Below, in pieces: positions 12,141 to 26,393 of a stretch of DNA of 64,000 nucleotides. Position 1 is the stretch's first letter, and every line of letters begins with the position of its first letter. Made by a program: the position numbers and the translations under genes. Under the pieces are notes generated by a model that was not told the origin of the DNA, did no database searches, and worked only from the letters and a program-made list of their open reading frames with translations. This DNA is from Lama glama (lineage: Eukaryota): NCBI GenBank assembly GCA_028534125.1, contig CM052816.1, positions 24,182,001 to 24,246,000 of the forward strand. The letters are read 5' to 3'.

Positions 12141-14999
12141 CGCTGTCACTGCAAGGTCCCCACACCAGATGTCCTCAACAGCTTCAGTCCCTGTCCTTTG
12201 TGCCTGGCAGGCTACATGGGATTCACTGCCTTTCCAACAAACACAGGCAATTGTCTGTCACCGCACCAGAGAAGACGCTGGAGTCTACAGATTTGGGGGT
12301 AGACAGCCCTGTCCTGCTCCAGCAAACCTGGAGAAATCCACTGGACACTCGAACCACATCTCTTCCCACAGTCTTTTCAAGACAGATATAGAGAGGGGGC
12401 ATGAGTCAAGGTCCTGGGAAAACTGTAATTTCATTGTCAGTATGGGTTTAAACTTTAATAGCTTTGGTATCCATATGTAAAATGTCATTTCTTTTGGTTC
12501 CATCCTAGCAGCTCAAACAATAGAAAATCACGAATCCACCTCCCTCTATAAGATGTAAGAGTCTCCAGTCTCTGTATAACAGATGTGCACTCAAGCTATA
12601 CTAATTCATTCTACAATTACTTTTATTTTTTAGCATTTTTATTTGGCTCTTATACTACATAATTAATGATGTTTACATGGAAAGGTTCTTTAACTAATGT
12701 AAATGGCATAAGTGGATTACTGAGCAAGCCTTAAAACAAATAAACATTTTTCTCCTTCTAAAATTTTCTTCACTCTCCTCTGAATGTCTGGCACAAGGGC
12801 AGAGTTTTTTAAATGTCAAGAGGAATACAGAAATCAGGCTTCTGATGTCTAGTCTCCCCTGGTAAGACAGGGTTATAATTCTGTTTCCCGTAATGGCTGG
12901 CCTGGGGGAGTCAACAGTGATCCCCATGACCCATCACATCCAGACCCAGAGGCCTGTCTTTTCTTTGGGAGGCTGCCACTGTTTTTCTCCATGACCTTAA
13001 ACATAAGAGTATCTGGCCCCTACAGATGATTTCCTGCAGAGTTTGCAGTACTGAGGATAAGACACTCATGAGATAAACAAATAAGCTCACTGTAAAGACC
13101 AGGGAAGGAAACCTACCCGGTTTCTAAATACCTCCACCATCATGATCACATCACCCAGCTGGGACAATTATTGGGGCTGTCCCTCCAAGTCAAAGTTTAG
13201 ATTGCATGTTTCTTGAGGGGCAGCACAGAGCCAGGTGACTGTAAAACAGAGTTGGCATGACAGTCACTGACCATCAGGACACACATTATTTTTCGGAAGT
13301 ATCCTCTAGGGAAAGCATTGACATCAAAAGCCGTTTCTTTGCTCCTGCTCTCCCAGAGGCAAAGCCAGGCCGATGGGAGTAAAGATGCCTCATTCCCCAC
13401 CACATGTCTAGCCCTTAGAAGGCCTTGAGGGGAAACCTGGCTGCAGGTCATCTCTGAAAGAACAGGCAATATGTTTTCTAAATACCCTTGGAGTTAACTC
13501 AGGAGTTGTAGATCAGGCTATACCAACAGGCTTTCTCTAGGGCTGACTTCTATCTCTGGACTGACCACAGAACTGTTAGGGCCTTGAGATCTAAAAGATA
13601 AACTCAATTCGGTAAGTTCTATACAGACATTCCAAAACACAGAGATTCTTGCACGAGTCCTATCCAGATTCCCAGGACATAGCTTAGAATTGGAGTCCAA
13701 ACCTAGAGGACAAGATGTAGGTCAAATGCCTATGACAAACTCATTCTGAGGGAACAAAACTGCACGAGACCCATACCTACACTAAGATCTTCCATGTTCT
13801 TTGAACATTCCTACTTTCAGATCACAGAAACATGCAAAAAAATATATATATCCCACCCTTAATGATTTTGCCATTCAGGATTTTATGATTTTGCTTTTGA
13901 AATTATTTGGGTAAAATAATTAAAATATGCTGTGATTTCTCAACACTCATCACACATATTTTAAGAACTTTCACTCAGTAAGAGTATCTCATCTAAAAAC
14001 TGTTCTCAAATGTAATGAAATTGTAATGGACATTAAATCCAGCAATTAATGAAGGTGACACAGTACTACAGCTTGTAACTATTTAACAAATGTTTATTAA
14101 TTTTGCTTTGGCAGGTTTTTTTTTTTATTTTGCAGACAATAATTTTTCCTGGCCAGACTTTAGACATTTTCCCAAGCTTGAGCACATACGCTTAGCACTA
14201 TGAGGCCCACACCTAGAGGTAAACTGGTCCTCTGCACTTGTGGCATTCAGCCAAGCTCCCCCAGAGTGACTGGGCATCGACTGCAGTTAGTTCTCAGGGA
14301 TTCCCAGCTATTTTACAGGACCTCTACCCTCAAATAGATCAATAAGAGAAGGTACAAAGTCTTGGGCCATCACCGGAATAATCCAAGAAATTCTTACTAA
14401 TTAAATACAAATTTTGGAAATCTGTGAATTTTTGACTTCTTGGAGAACTTAACTCGTAACCAATGCTAAAAGCCTTCACTTCTGGCCTTTGATGGAGTCA
14501 TTCTTCTTGTTCAGTAGATGAAATCAGGTTTCATAAATCCAATTTATTTCTGTTCTCCAAGAAGAAATAAGATTTGGAAGCTGACTTGGAGTTGCATTTC
14601 CAGGAAGCTTTTCTATCACTCCACAAAATGTGAGTTATGCATGTTCCACCAAGGCATTTATAAGTAGACCCAAGATAACTTCTTTAAAGAAAACAAATCG
14701 GCAACTGTTAGGTGGAGTATACTTTGTGATTTTTTTTTCTTCTTACTTTTCTTCAGAAAAATTAAGTCTTATCAGAGTATATCAACTCAAAAATAATCAT
14801 AGGTAGTCTGCTGACAGTCACAAAATCCCCTCTTTTGTTATCAGCAAATGCTGAAGTGATAAATTAAGAATTTAAAAACCCTACCTTCTAGATGTGTCCT
14901 CTGAAGTTATCATATAACCTTTGTGGTTTGTTTAGGGGATTCATCCCTGATCTTAGCCTGTTTCATATCTTCTTTTAAATCACTGAATACATACTGAGT

Positions 15000-15225
15000 A
15001 CATAGTGGTAAGCTCATGGATGCTAGCACCAGACAGCATGAGATTGAATCTCAACTCTGACATTTTCTAGCTCTGAGAACTAGGGTAAGTTACTAAGCTT
15101 CCATTTCTTCATCTGTAAAATGGCACTAATAATTAGTAGGATTGTCCTCAGGACCAAACAAGTTAATGAGTATGCAGCTGATGGTGAGCCATCAATAAAT
15201 GTTAGCTTTGGATATTACTCTTATT
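15000..15225 (+). mobile_element. MIR SINE
   Basis: gggtaagttactaagcttccatttcttcatctgtaaaatgg...atcaataaatgttagc. Confidence 0.75.
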
Positions 15226-15229
15226 ATTA

Positions 15230-15930
15230 TCCACCATTTTCTCACTATTTACAGTAACACCATTCAAGCCACCACACCTCACCTCAGACTACTTAGCGGC
15301 CTCCTGCCTTCCCTGCTTGTACTCTGCTCTCATCTGCCCCCTCCCCTCCTCATCTCCTTCCCAAAGCTGAGTGATCCTTTCAGAATGAAAAGGCGATCAA
15401 TTTAACCTGCTTCCCACACACAAACAAAAACAGAGGAAAACAAAAATTCCTCCAGTGGTCCTGAGCACAAACCTGAAGAGCCCTGCAGGGTCTAGCTCCT
15501 GCCTACCAGCTACAGCTTGTTTCCACCACCTCTTCCCCCTCACCAAACCCCCAATTCCCTTAAGGCCTCAGCCAGGCTAGTGACTTCCCTTTGCTTTGCC
15601 CACTCTCCAGCTCCCTCCAGTCCCACCTTTCCTGAGTCTGGAGAGCTCAATCCCTGCCCCACTTGCCCTACACATCCCAGCCTAAAAGCTCTCTCTTCAC
15701 CTAGAACACACTCAGATTTTTTTCATAGCTCCATATTGCTTCCCTTTCAAAGCACTTAGCCCAGGGAACGCATGACTTATTTAACGGTAATTTCCTAATG
15801 TTTGACTTGTCTATACAACTTTAAGTTTGGGGAGGGTACAGCTGCCAGTTTCGTACATCATCGTGTTCCCCATAGGTGGGACCCAGAGGAGGAGGAGGAG
15901 GAGGGCAGGAAATATTGAATGAATTAATGC
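15230..15930 (+). mobile_element. L2 fragment(s)
   Basis: Pyrimidine-rich L2 3' region ending aatattgaatgaattaatg. Confidence 0.55.
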
Positions 15931-16059
15931 CTGCAGGAAGGAGTTAAAATGGCCTGGATGGCACATTCTCAGGACGCTGGCTCCCACGCCTGATGCTCCT
16001 TATTAAACAGTCCCCAAACACACCGGGTCACATTTCCGTGGCTTTTTTTTTTTTTTTAA

Positions 16060-16455
16060 CAGTGCGGTCCTGGTTTTTGTCTCTCTCTTTTCACGCGTAA
16101 CAGCCCAGGCGCGGTCACCCTTCAAAGGGACGATCTGCTCGAATCGGAGATCTAGAGACCAGCCCCAGGGGCGGCGGGTGGGGGCGGAAGTGCGGGGCAC
16201 GGGGCGGGGGCAGCGGGCTGCTCCGGCGGAAGTGCGGGGCGGAAGCGGCTACACAGACGGCGGAGGCTCAGGTGGGTGCTGTGGGCCCTGCACCGGCAGG
16301 TGGGCGCTCGCGGCGCCCCGCTCGGAGCCCGAACGCGGGCTGGAGAAGAGACACCGGAGCCCGGCGCTGTGCCGCACGCGGCCGACTTGGATTGTCGTTA
16401 GATGAAATTTAATTGAACCGGGAGCCATAAATCTGTGAACCTCCGGGGGCCGATT
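16060..16455 (+). promoter_or_regulatory. C5orf63: CpG-island promoter of C5orf63 with tandem ETS/GABP sites and GC boxes
   Basis: CpG-dense; GGCGGAAGTGCGGGGC at 16183-16198 and 16225-16240, a third CGGAAG at 16240-16245, several GGGGCGG; the only CpG island upstream of the coding exons. Confidence 0.85.
16230..16271 (+). other. C5orf63: Probable non-coding exon 1 of C5orf63 (TSS approximate)
   Basis: Donor CAG|GTGGGT after 16271; alternatives CAG|GTGGGC after 16299 and CGG|GTAAGA after 16516. Confidence 0.5.
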
Positions 16456-17681
16456 ATAAGCATTTGTGCGTGTGTGTGTGTGTGTTCACTCTCAGAGGAA
16501 GTGAACAAAATAACGGGTAAGAAAAGGCAGCCTTTTAAGAGAAAACAGAAAACATCACAACTTCATGGTTCTTCCCTGATTCACAGATAACCCTGTTTCA
16601 GATCTGAGTTCTATGAAGAGGCAATATAATCTCAATTGGCAGCCCGCTGAGATGACTGCCTTTTTAAATAAATACTTTTCAGGAGCTATGTTAACCTTTA
16701 ATTGGGGGTGAAAAGGTTTAATCAGGGGTGCAGTAGGGAACATTGTGAGTCCTTAGCTCTCTGGGCCTCCTCTCTGCTTTATTGGGCAAAAGTGGCCCTC
16801 TGGGTGCTAAACTGTGAGAGAGTAATTCAGAGACTGTACAGTTCTCAACAAATACTTAGGCATGTCAGTCACCCCTGACAAATACTGCTCACACAATTTT
16901 TTAATAAGTCCAGGATTACAAAAGTCCCAACTAAATTGTTACTAAGTGAATAGGCAAGTGCCTGTTTGTAAGTCTGATCTGTTAAAGAACAAGTTTTGGG
17001 GTTTGGTTTTTTTTTTTTTTTCGGCCTGGCTGATCTTTATTCTTGTTTCTTAACAGAAAGTATCTTATATACTACTTTATATTTTAGAGCACTTAAAATC
17101 CACACTGTGGTCCAGCTTGACCCCGAGATGCTCAGCTCCTCCAGGAGAGGAATAATGTCTAGGATTTGTTTTGTCCCTACACATAACCTGGGCTCACGTA
17201 ACTACACGTTGCCTTGGTTAACCAACCACTAGAGTCATGTGTCAGTGTGGGCAACACGGTGAACAATGATGTGGTTGTTGGAGGCCACAGACTTCCCATT
17301 TACTAATTATGTCAGGAATACCTTATGAAAATGCATATGAGGTTCTCTACCAATATTTGGAGCTGTATACACTGATATTTAAAACACCTGGGAAAAGCAG
17401 TGTACCCTGGAAATACTGAGAGGTTATATAAATATTGAGGATAAGGCAGAACTAATCATGGTTCTGTGTGAAATGTAGCCTAATAACCTGGGTCCTCTTC
17501 TGCTGAGGAAGTGCCTGGAACCAGCCAGAAAGGTCCTGTTGTGAAAATTAAGGTCGGGGGGGGGGGGGGCTGGTGTTTTAGACAAGGAGGCTCCCCAGAG
17601 TTTTCTTTCTTGAAGCTTATTGTGATCAGTCGTAGCTGCCTGCCAAGGAAGGATCAATATTTTTTTCGTCTCCTTCACCAG

Positions 17682-17726
17682 AGGAAAATGTGGCTGTGTG
17701 GTTTTCTTTAGATGGACTGATGGCAG
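17682..17726 (+). other. C5orf63: Candidate 45-nt 5'UTR exon of C5orf63
   Basis: Acceptor ttttttcgtctccttcaccag| and donor CAG|GTAAGG. Confidence 0.4.
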
Positions 17727-18479
17727 GTAAGGTAATGAGGATTTTCCAACTCGGGAATTTATTGGACTGTATTTCTGTTTTATTTCAGATGCCTGATTCT
17801 TTCGTACTCTTAAGTACCCAGAGGCAGTGTGGAGGTATGCCTTCAAAATAAGGTGTTTTTGTTGTTGTTGTTGTTATTAAGGCTTTTGTATTTCATAACG
17901 TGTGCATATGTCACCTGGCCAATGCATTCAGTTACTCTAATGCCAGGGCTCAGGGTTTCACATGGAGCAGGACCATGAGGTGATCTGGTACAAGTAGTAA
18001 GGTTTTTTATGTTCCTTATATTAAATCTAATTTTGCCACTGCTTTATTCAAGGAGTGTACATCAGAGGAAGCCAAAAGCCAGCTGGAATAGTTCCTGCAT
18101 GCAGTTTTAATCTTGTTTGCAATAATTTTGAAGGGGAGAAACCATCTGGATCCAGAGATGTGTAGCTACACAGGTAGCAGGGACTAGGTAAGCTTCCTTC
18201 ATCCTTCCCCTAGTATCACATAGCAAGGTGGAGGGACAAAATTATTTGAGGAAGAATATGCAAAATGAAAGGTTTTGGCTATGTTTCATATAGATATTAT
18301 CCCACATCCCTACTTCCCCATCTCAGTTACAGCCACAGGGAACTGGAGGCATGAAAACATTACCCTCTTTACATCTCTCTCAGTCAAACCCTTACCTAAG
18401 ACAAGGTTTCCAGAGATAGAGGCAAAACTCAAAATACCTTCTATTTTCATAAAGTATCCATCTCCAAGGATTTCAGCAC

Positions 18480-18680
18480 ATTTTACCAGTAATACCTAAT
18501 AACAAACATTTTACTGCTATAGACTTCATCATTGTAGTATTGTATTGTTTGTAAATCTTTCCCTACCCAAGGTGTGAGTTCCTTGAGGGGAGGGAAAGTA
18601 TCTTAATCACTTTCATACTTCTAGTACCTGGCATGATGCCTGGCCCGCTGCAAACACTCAGTACATGGTATAGAAATGAA
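18480..18680 (+). mobile_element. L2 3' end
   Basis: tgtgagttccttgaggggaggg...ctagtacctggcatgatgcctggc...actcagtacat. Confidence 0.7.
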
Positions 18681-21600
18681 AAGATGGTGTCCCTGAAGGG
18701 AGCCTGGATCTATAAGGAGTGTGAGAGCATCACTGGGAAAGCAACAAGTTAGAGAAAATAATAAATAAAACAGAAAACTTTCACCAGATGCAGTTACAAA
18801 TGCCACAGTTACTAACACTTTGATAAATAGCTTGGAGTAGGGAAGAGCAGATGTGAGCATCTGCAGATGGTCACAACAATGCCTTCCAAGGTGATCTAGC
18901 CTGGTCAGTGGCAGGGTCTTTGTTATATTGAATGAAATATGCAAAGTGAAAGGCCCCACCAGCCCTGTCTCCACTCTCCATCCAGGCCTGCCATGCCCAA
19001 CTTCTCACCCAAATACTTGTTGAGTGAATATCTGAGAAGTATCCATTTGAAGGTGTACCACAGTATTAGCTTACTTAGGCCACTAATATCTTGCTTTGGC
19101 CCTGCCTTAAGGATAGAGGACTTATGTTTGTTCACTAGGTTACCCAAATAATATTGAAAGAAAGCTACATTCATCTTTTCTACTTTACTAACATTCCAAA
19201 AGCATTCAAAGTCGACAGCTTTTTGTATTGCAATGGGGCAGGCATGTGGTATATGCTGCTTCCATTGCCAGTAGGATTCTAGCAGAAACCAGAATGTTAC
19301 TACTGGAAACACATGAACTTCCTCTCATTGTTCCTGTACTTTCTCATATTAATCATGAAATAATGGGAAAATGGCTTCTAGTTTAGTCAGGAGGAAGGAC
19401 ATAAACAAAATTAAATAATTTAATCTTAACTCCTTGCTTCTTAAAACATGTAGTTCTTCCAATCTTCCAAGAGAAAGGATACTGTTATTTAATAGAAATT
19501 CAGTCAGCTGAAGCAGCTTAGGACACAAAACTGGAAAAAAAGAAAAAAAAAGATCTAAATTCAGCCCTGTTTCTCCAGGTTCAAAAATGAAGTTAATCTG
19601 TATCTTAGATTTAGAGATCAGAATCTTGTTCTCATAGTAAAAGAATTCTGCCATCTGAAGCTGAGACTTTCCTCATTCTCTCCATCCTTAAATTAAACCT
19701 TAAACAAAATATGGTATCTGTTATTAAATACTCTGAGGATTAATGTATAAAGCTTTTGAGACTTTTTTGGGAAAAAGAGGGTTGAACTTGGAGAGCCCTT
19801 CTACTTCTGAGAATTCTATATTGGTCTCATTATGTATAAAATAGGCATTATTCAAAGAGAAAATATAAAAAAAGTTAAAATTAAAAAAATGCCACATGAA
19901 AGGCTTTGGTTAAATAGTTTATCCATCAAGGGAATCTCCAAAGTCACTTCCAAATTCCATTATATTAAGATATTCTATCAATGACAGTTGTCAAGTAACA
20001 GAATAGGATTCAGAGAATTGCAGAATCTCACATAACTGAGGGTTGCTGGAGCCTGATTTCAAGACAGTTCCTAACATTAAGGTGTTGATGTCACAAGTCC
20101 AAGGAAATGCTGTTCCAAAGTCATTTGCTACAAAATGACTAATAATGAATAAAACATCTTTCAGGTCTTTTATAGTCATGTGGGTAACTTCGTCTCTTTG
20201 GCAAGATGAATTGGAAATGGTGGAGTATTGGTGACAAATGAAAGACTGCCTGGGTAGACGGATTGTGAATTGCAGTTGTTTCTGAAAATGAAATTTTGTG
20301 CTTTTTAGATAGCAAGGAAACTGGCATTACTAGCTGGGTACAATAAGACTAAGATGTTTTAATGAAATTGCCTTCTTTCTGGGTCAGTATTAAGTATCAG
20401 AGATACCTTCAAAGCGAATGGGTCATTTTGGTTAAGAAAGATAATGTGGAAAGGAGTTTGCATAATTCCTTATGCACTTTGTTCCCATCCCTTGAACTCA
20501 AATGATTTTGCCCTCATCTTAATGCCATCTTTATGGGATGAGGGAATTTTCAAATTGGTTTTTAAACTCTATTAAGCCCTCATGTATGGTATAACCCAAC
20601 CACATTATTCAGGTTTTCTTGGCTTTCAGGAACAGCTTTGCAGCCATTATGTCGTAATTGTACTGAACATTGTTGTACGCTCTGAATTCAGAATATGCCT
20701 CTCTGGCTTCAGGCCAGGTGCTGAGTCAGTGTCTTCAGGGTTGAAGATGAGGGGAGGGGTGCAGTGTACACAAGGCTCATTGTGTTAATAGAATTCGTCC
20801 ACAATCCCCTTTGGACCCCTGGGTGCTAGAGGGAGTATACAGTAACAGTATATTACTGTTCTTGATTAGCATCTGTATTTTTCTCAGCTGAACATCTTTC
20901 TGGAAACCAACCCCATTACCAAACAGACTCCTCTGAAGGAATGATCTGGAAAGTGTAACTGCTAAGGTCCAAGACTCTTAAACTGTTGCTTACACTGAAG
21001 ATTCCTCCCCTCTTCCACTTCACGTTTGTCAGCTTGCTATAGGCCTCAGCAAACACAGCGGTGCTTCTGAAGTGGAGGAAAATGCCAGGGTGACAAGGGT
21101 CTGTCATTAAAAATCATTTTTTAAATGGATCTATTAGTACAAAAGAAAATTACATTCCTTTTTAAAGACATTTTTCCATCTCAGATGCTCAAACCGTTGC
21201 AAGTTGAGTGCCTAGCCACTCTAATGTCACCTTCCCCATTTCCCTGCTGGGTCTTTTCTGATGCCATGGCTTCCCAGTTATGATTGAGGAGCTAGAGAAG
21301 CGAGTTCGTGATGAGCGAGGACCTTTACCCTTCTGCTGGGATCTCTGTGTGAACTGTGGTCCTCTTAAAATGGCCTAGCATTTTGGACTCCTACACATAA
21401 AACTACTTTACTTATTTGGGGTCTTTTGACTTCATGAGCTATTACCATGGTGTTTCTTCTGCATGTGATTTCCCTTTCTCTGATCAGGAAGACATCTGAT
21501 ATCCAAAGTTTTATAACAAAACTATGGGTACAGTTTCTCCTGGTCTCTATAAAATCGAAGACCAGGACAGGGGTAGTATTTCCATTTTACAGTTGATGAA

Positions 21601-24600
21601 ACTGAGGTTTAAAGAGATGAGGAACTGCCTACCATCAGAGAACTAGCTGGTGGAGTTTCCTGTCTTTGGGGTATTTATGAAATCCTTACACAGAAATGCA
21701 CCTTGGCATTCAAACATGCTGGATTCTAACTGAAACTCCATAAGAAAAGCTACCTTTAGAGCTTTAAATGAAGAATCATAACATTTGTGCTTAGTTCCCT
21801 GACCGATGAATTAGTGGGAGCTATGTTCATTTAAATTTACTTTGACCTCGCTACACAATTTATTCAAAAATACTTTGGAGCAAGTTTTGTCTTTAAAGAT
21901 TATTAATAAAATCCAACTTTACCATTGTCTAGGCAGCTTCTGTTTTGACAAACATGTGTTGAAGTTATCATTGGTAAAATAACAATGGTACTGAATTTTC
22001 CCTTCTTTGCAAATATAAAGGCAAGTATTGGGAAGGAGTAAGAGGAGGGGAAGTGACCTTCATTCAAGACCCATCAAGGGGAAACCTCAACTCCTTGCAA
22101 ACTGAGTTTTAGTGCCCTGTTCTGTAACTGTGTGAAGCCTGAGTAAGCTAAGCCAATACCTGATGCTGAGGTATTTGCTGGTCTAGATTTTGTCTTAGCA
22201 GAAGCTAAATTTGTTGAGTCTTTTATCAGTGATACCCTTTCTCAGGAATTCCTATTCAAGTAACATTCACAATTTGAAGTTTTCAGCTATTTCTGTTCGA
22301 AATATTTTTCAGTTTTGCAATTCCCTATTTCTGTGAACAGGGAATGAGGGCCCCATTCCAGGTTGGGCCTTTACCCCCCACTCCCTGTTTCTCTTCTATA
22401 GCCTCATTCTAACCCTGTTTAGCCCCTTGGAATTGACACCTTAAAGTATCTGCTTAATGTGCAGCTGTGGTTGTGTCCCTATACACTCCTCTCCTTGTCA
22501 CTCTTGGCTCCACACTCACACTCAAGATCCCAGGCTGGGCTCCCACTTGTTTGGGAGGGAGCGAGGTTTGGACGCAACTAACTGATCAAAAGCACCTAAG
22601 ATCACTGGGAAGGCATCATTTGTCCCTGTTTCCCTGGATTAGATAGAGCTCAGGGACCCAGAGTCCCCTAAGAGCAACCTCACCCCATTATGTAAACTTT
22701 CAGTAATCTAAAATAATGGGTTTTGTTCCCAACAGAGGGGTCTGTGTGTGTGCGTGCGCATTCACACGCACACGTGTTTCTAGCCATTGGGTAAAAATAG
22801 GAATGTTATACTTTGATGGTAATGAATGTGAAATGCAGCACTTAACATCTCACATGGCATAAATGATTGAACGGAAGCCCTGAGCCTCCTTCTGGAACAC
22901 AGGTTCAGCAAGAGCTACAGTAGTAGTGTTTGGTTAATGTCAGCTCAAAATTCAGTTTACATTATACTCTTGTGAAGAAGCTCCAACGTTACCTGTTAAT
23001 AACGAAGGTGGTGCCTCAGCTTATAGACTTTTTGATTTTGCACATGAACCAACAACACTGCAGCTTGCTGATGAGGGATCATGTAAGCTTGGAGATTCAG
23101 TGTGCCAAAGGATTCTTTGTATGAATAAAAATTCTGGTCAATGAAGGTCAGTTTCTCTACTCAAGCAAGAACAATGTTGTTTCCCTTCTAATCAGACACT
23201 GCATTTGAAGAATCCAGTAGCCCTGCATAAGTGATGTGCACCCATAGCCTGGGCAGCTCCTCATGCAAGAAATGAATAATCCTTATTAAAGGTTCCAACA
23301 ACCCTGGCTTCTTTCTGTTCTATAATCAGTTGCTTTAATGGTCTGCCCTTCAGTGCTTTGCAGGGAAAATGCTATAAAGTTAAGTTATCTTCCTCATCTT
23401 GCTTCAAGGAAGACTGAATTGGTCCAATCAGTCCTCCCCCATGTTGTATCTGATTCTGCTGTAAAGAGCACTGAAGTCAGCCTCAGTTTTGTTGAAAAGC
23501 CAGCATTCCCTTTCTCTTTCGGGGTGATCGTGCCTCTGAGCGGCAGTGGACTTGAAACAGCAGGAGTCACCATCTTTATTGTTAGGCTGTGGAATTTGTT
23601 TTAGGCACATTCTAAATCCAGTCTTATGCCTTTTTTTTTTTTTTTTGGTCTGTGACAAAGGTGACCCAATTGTGCTTCTTTGATATTATGAACACAGCTC
23701 TTTTTGCTCATATCACAGAGGCATATAACAAAATACAAAGGATAAAATTGTGTCTATGTGTCTAGGAAGGACACATATTTCATGACTAAATTCAATGACA
23801 TAATCAAAAAGGTGTTGTCCTCCCCCAGTCATGAGCTAATAGACAGAGATAGCCTTTCAGGATATTTTTTATAGTGCTGAGATATTGTTCAAAAATAATA
23901 GAACTAATGAAAATGTCACATTGACAGAGTAGTCAATATTAAGATTTTACTTCAAGAATGCATGACTGGGTGAATGTGACATTGACAGCAATGGTGTTAG
24001 GGTTTACAGAGTTAATAAAACATTCTAAGAAGAATATTATAGAATTCCAATTGGAGTGTATCATTTTTCATTTTCATTTTTATTTCTAGAACTAAGTGAA
24101 CTCCAGTGTTCAGAACTTTAGCCTTAATATCTTATTTCTGCCTAGGAGAAGTATAGGGAGCTTTTTTTTTCTTTTTAACAGAGTCTAATACAATTTCAAA
24201 ATACAGTGCTTACATAGAAATACGTTAATTTAACAATGTGGTAAACCGCATGTGCCTTAGGGCTTTTGGAAAATATGCAGGTAGTAAAATTGCATAATAC
24301 TAATGCATTTCTCAGTAAACGAACATGCCATGTTTAAGTGATTAAATATATATTTAAAAAGTAAAAATGGAAACTAACAGTGGAAAAGAGTTTGTTAAAC
24401 AGAGTGGTTGTGGCTCAGTGAAGACTTTACTTAGCTTTGTGGGTTGGTTGAACAAATATTATAGCAAATCTGAAATGAACAGCAACTCTGTTTACTATGA
24501 CAGGTTTTATTTGTCTTAGGTGCAGCCAAGACCACATGCTGTGTTTTGTCATGTTGGAAATACTGAAACAGATTTCCATTGTGAATGTGAATTTTTTTTT

Positions 24601-25649
24601 CTTTAACAAAAGCTTTAACACCTCAGTCTCAACTCAGCCAGGTAAAAGCAATAAGTTTTCCTTTCCTTACCAGCCAGACATCAATAAATCTTCAATTCTA
24701 CCACCGAAAGCACATAGCTGCAGTTCACTGTCCTGGTTGTAGTCTCAGGTCACTGCCTTAGGTGGCCTGAGCCTTCTCATTTCCAAAGGCTATCTTCCTG
24801 CCTTTACTATATCAAAACTGATTTAAAAATTTTTCTTTCTCCTTCATATAGTATAGCTTCTTTAACTTCATACCTTAGGAGGGCATGCCGCTGTTGGCAT
24901 AAGGCCTTCCTAAAACCAACGATTCAGAAATTTCTACCTAGCATAACATGGCTAACATTCTATTTTCCCACTTCATTTATATCCTGTGTAGACAGAACCA
25001 TGTCTAGAAACTGTTGTCTCCAACCGCATTCACCTACTGGAGATTTGATTCTGCTGAATTTATGGAAAATGTGTGTACCAGGGCTTAACACTTAGTTGAG
25101 AGTAGTATAACATATTGTGAAATTGTTTAGATCCACTTTCCACCTTAGAAAAATGCTGGGTCTGTACAAAATTCTCATCACACTCCTTTCTGACGTATTA
25201 GCAGGACCATTTAGTTAGCAGGGAGATCTGGGGAGAGATGGAAGGCTAAGGGTTTAAGAGAGAAGGAAAGATTATTGTTTTCACCAATCAGAATCCAATC
25301 TTTTTGCCTTGTCTTCTTTATTCTAGTTTGATATGGGTTTAGTGCTTTTCTCTAAAGTCATATCATTCTGTTTGAAATGAGTTTAAGTCTGATCTTACAC
25401 TGAGAAGCCTCGTCACCAGTAGAGATTAGCACATAATTAATACAGTCATGCTCTATGAAGCAGAGCAGGAGACAATTCGAGGTGGTGGTGAAGGACTGCA
25501 GCACCCTGGCCTGCATTTCATGGACACCTTGAGGAGCACTGACCTTTGCTTATGATATGAGATCTGCCCAAAGAATGACTGCTGTGCACACTGAGTGTCT
25601 GATCAGGGTTAGATGAGAGAGTAAAGAGGGAGAGAAAGGCTCACTCCAA

Positions 25650-26075
25650 TAGTATTAATTGTTCAAACAACTATTTGAACACCTACTATGTACCAAATTA
25701 ACTGTAGAGGCTCAGGGATATGGGATGAACAGGTATCTGATCCTATGGAGCTCTTGTTGTAGTAGAGGGGACATATAGGTAAAGAAATAATTTTGGATAG
25801 TGAAGGATAAAAGAAAACTGTGGCAAGATATAAGGAAGAAGAATGGTGGGCTAGCCAACATTGATAGGGTAGTCACTAAGGCATCTCTAAGGAGGTGACA
25901 TGAGCCCAGGCCAAATGAGATGTTACTTAAGAGCTCTTCACGCAGAGGGATGGCAAGTGCAGAGAACCTGATGAAGAAATGATCTTTGGGTATTCAAGGA
26001 ACAGAAAAAGAATCTGCACTGCAACCTGCCAGCATAAGGGAGGGGGAACTAACAGATGAAGTTGGAGAAAGAGTG
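25650..26075 (-). mobile_element. L2 fragment
   Basis: ttcaaacaactatttgaacacctactatgtacca...ggcatctctaaggaggtgaca. Confidence 0.7.
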
Positions 26076-26393
26076 AAGAGAAGAAATGAAGATCCCAGGA
26101 ATGAATTCATGCTGGAAATATTGTTAAGTGATAAAGTCAACAGTACATATGTGTTTTTAAAGTGAAATTAGCATAGTAGTTTAAAGTACAAAGCTGGAGG
26201 TTCAGGAGAATAACTAGGAATAAGTAGGTTGTCTTATGTTGAGCGAAGTAACAGGATGAGAGAACTTCAAAGCCTAGTATTTGACATGCTGCTATTACCA
26301 AGCTGTTCTTATTGGAATAACTCCAGTAGAAACACTAGTACATTTGTGTGTATTTTTTTAAATGATGGCAATCTTCTTTTAAAATACTTCTTA

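Noticed and set aside
22743..22776. Alternating purine-pyrimidine quasi-palindrome (Z-DNA or hairpin potential)
   Set aside because: Ordinary decayed TG/CA microsatellite.
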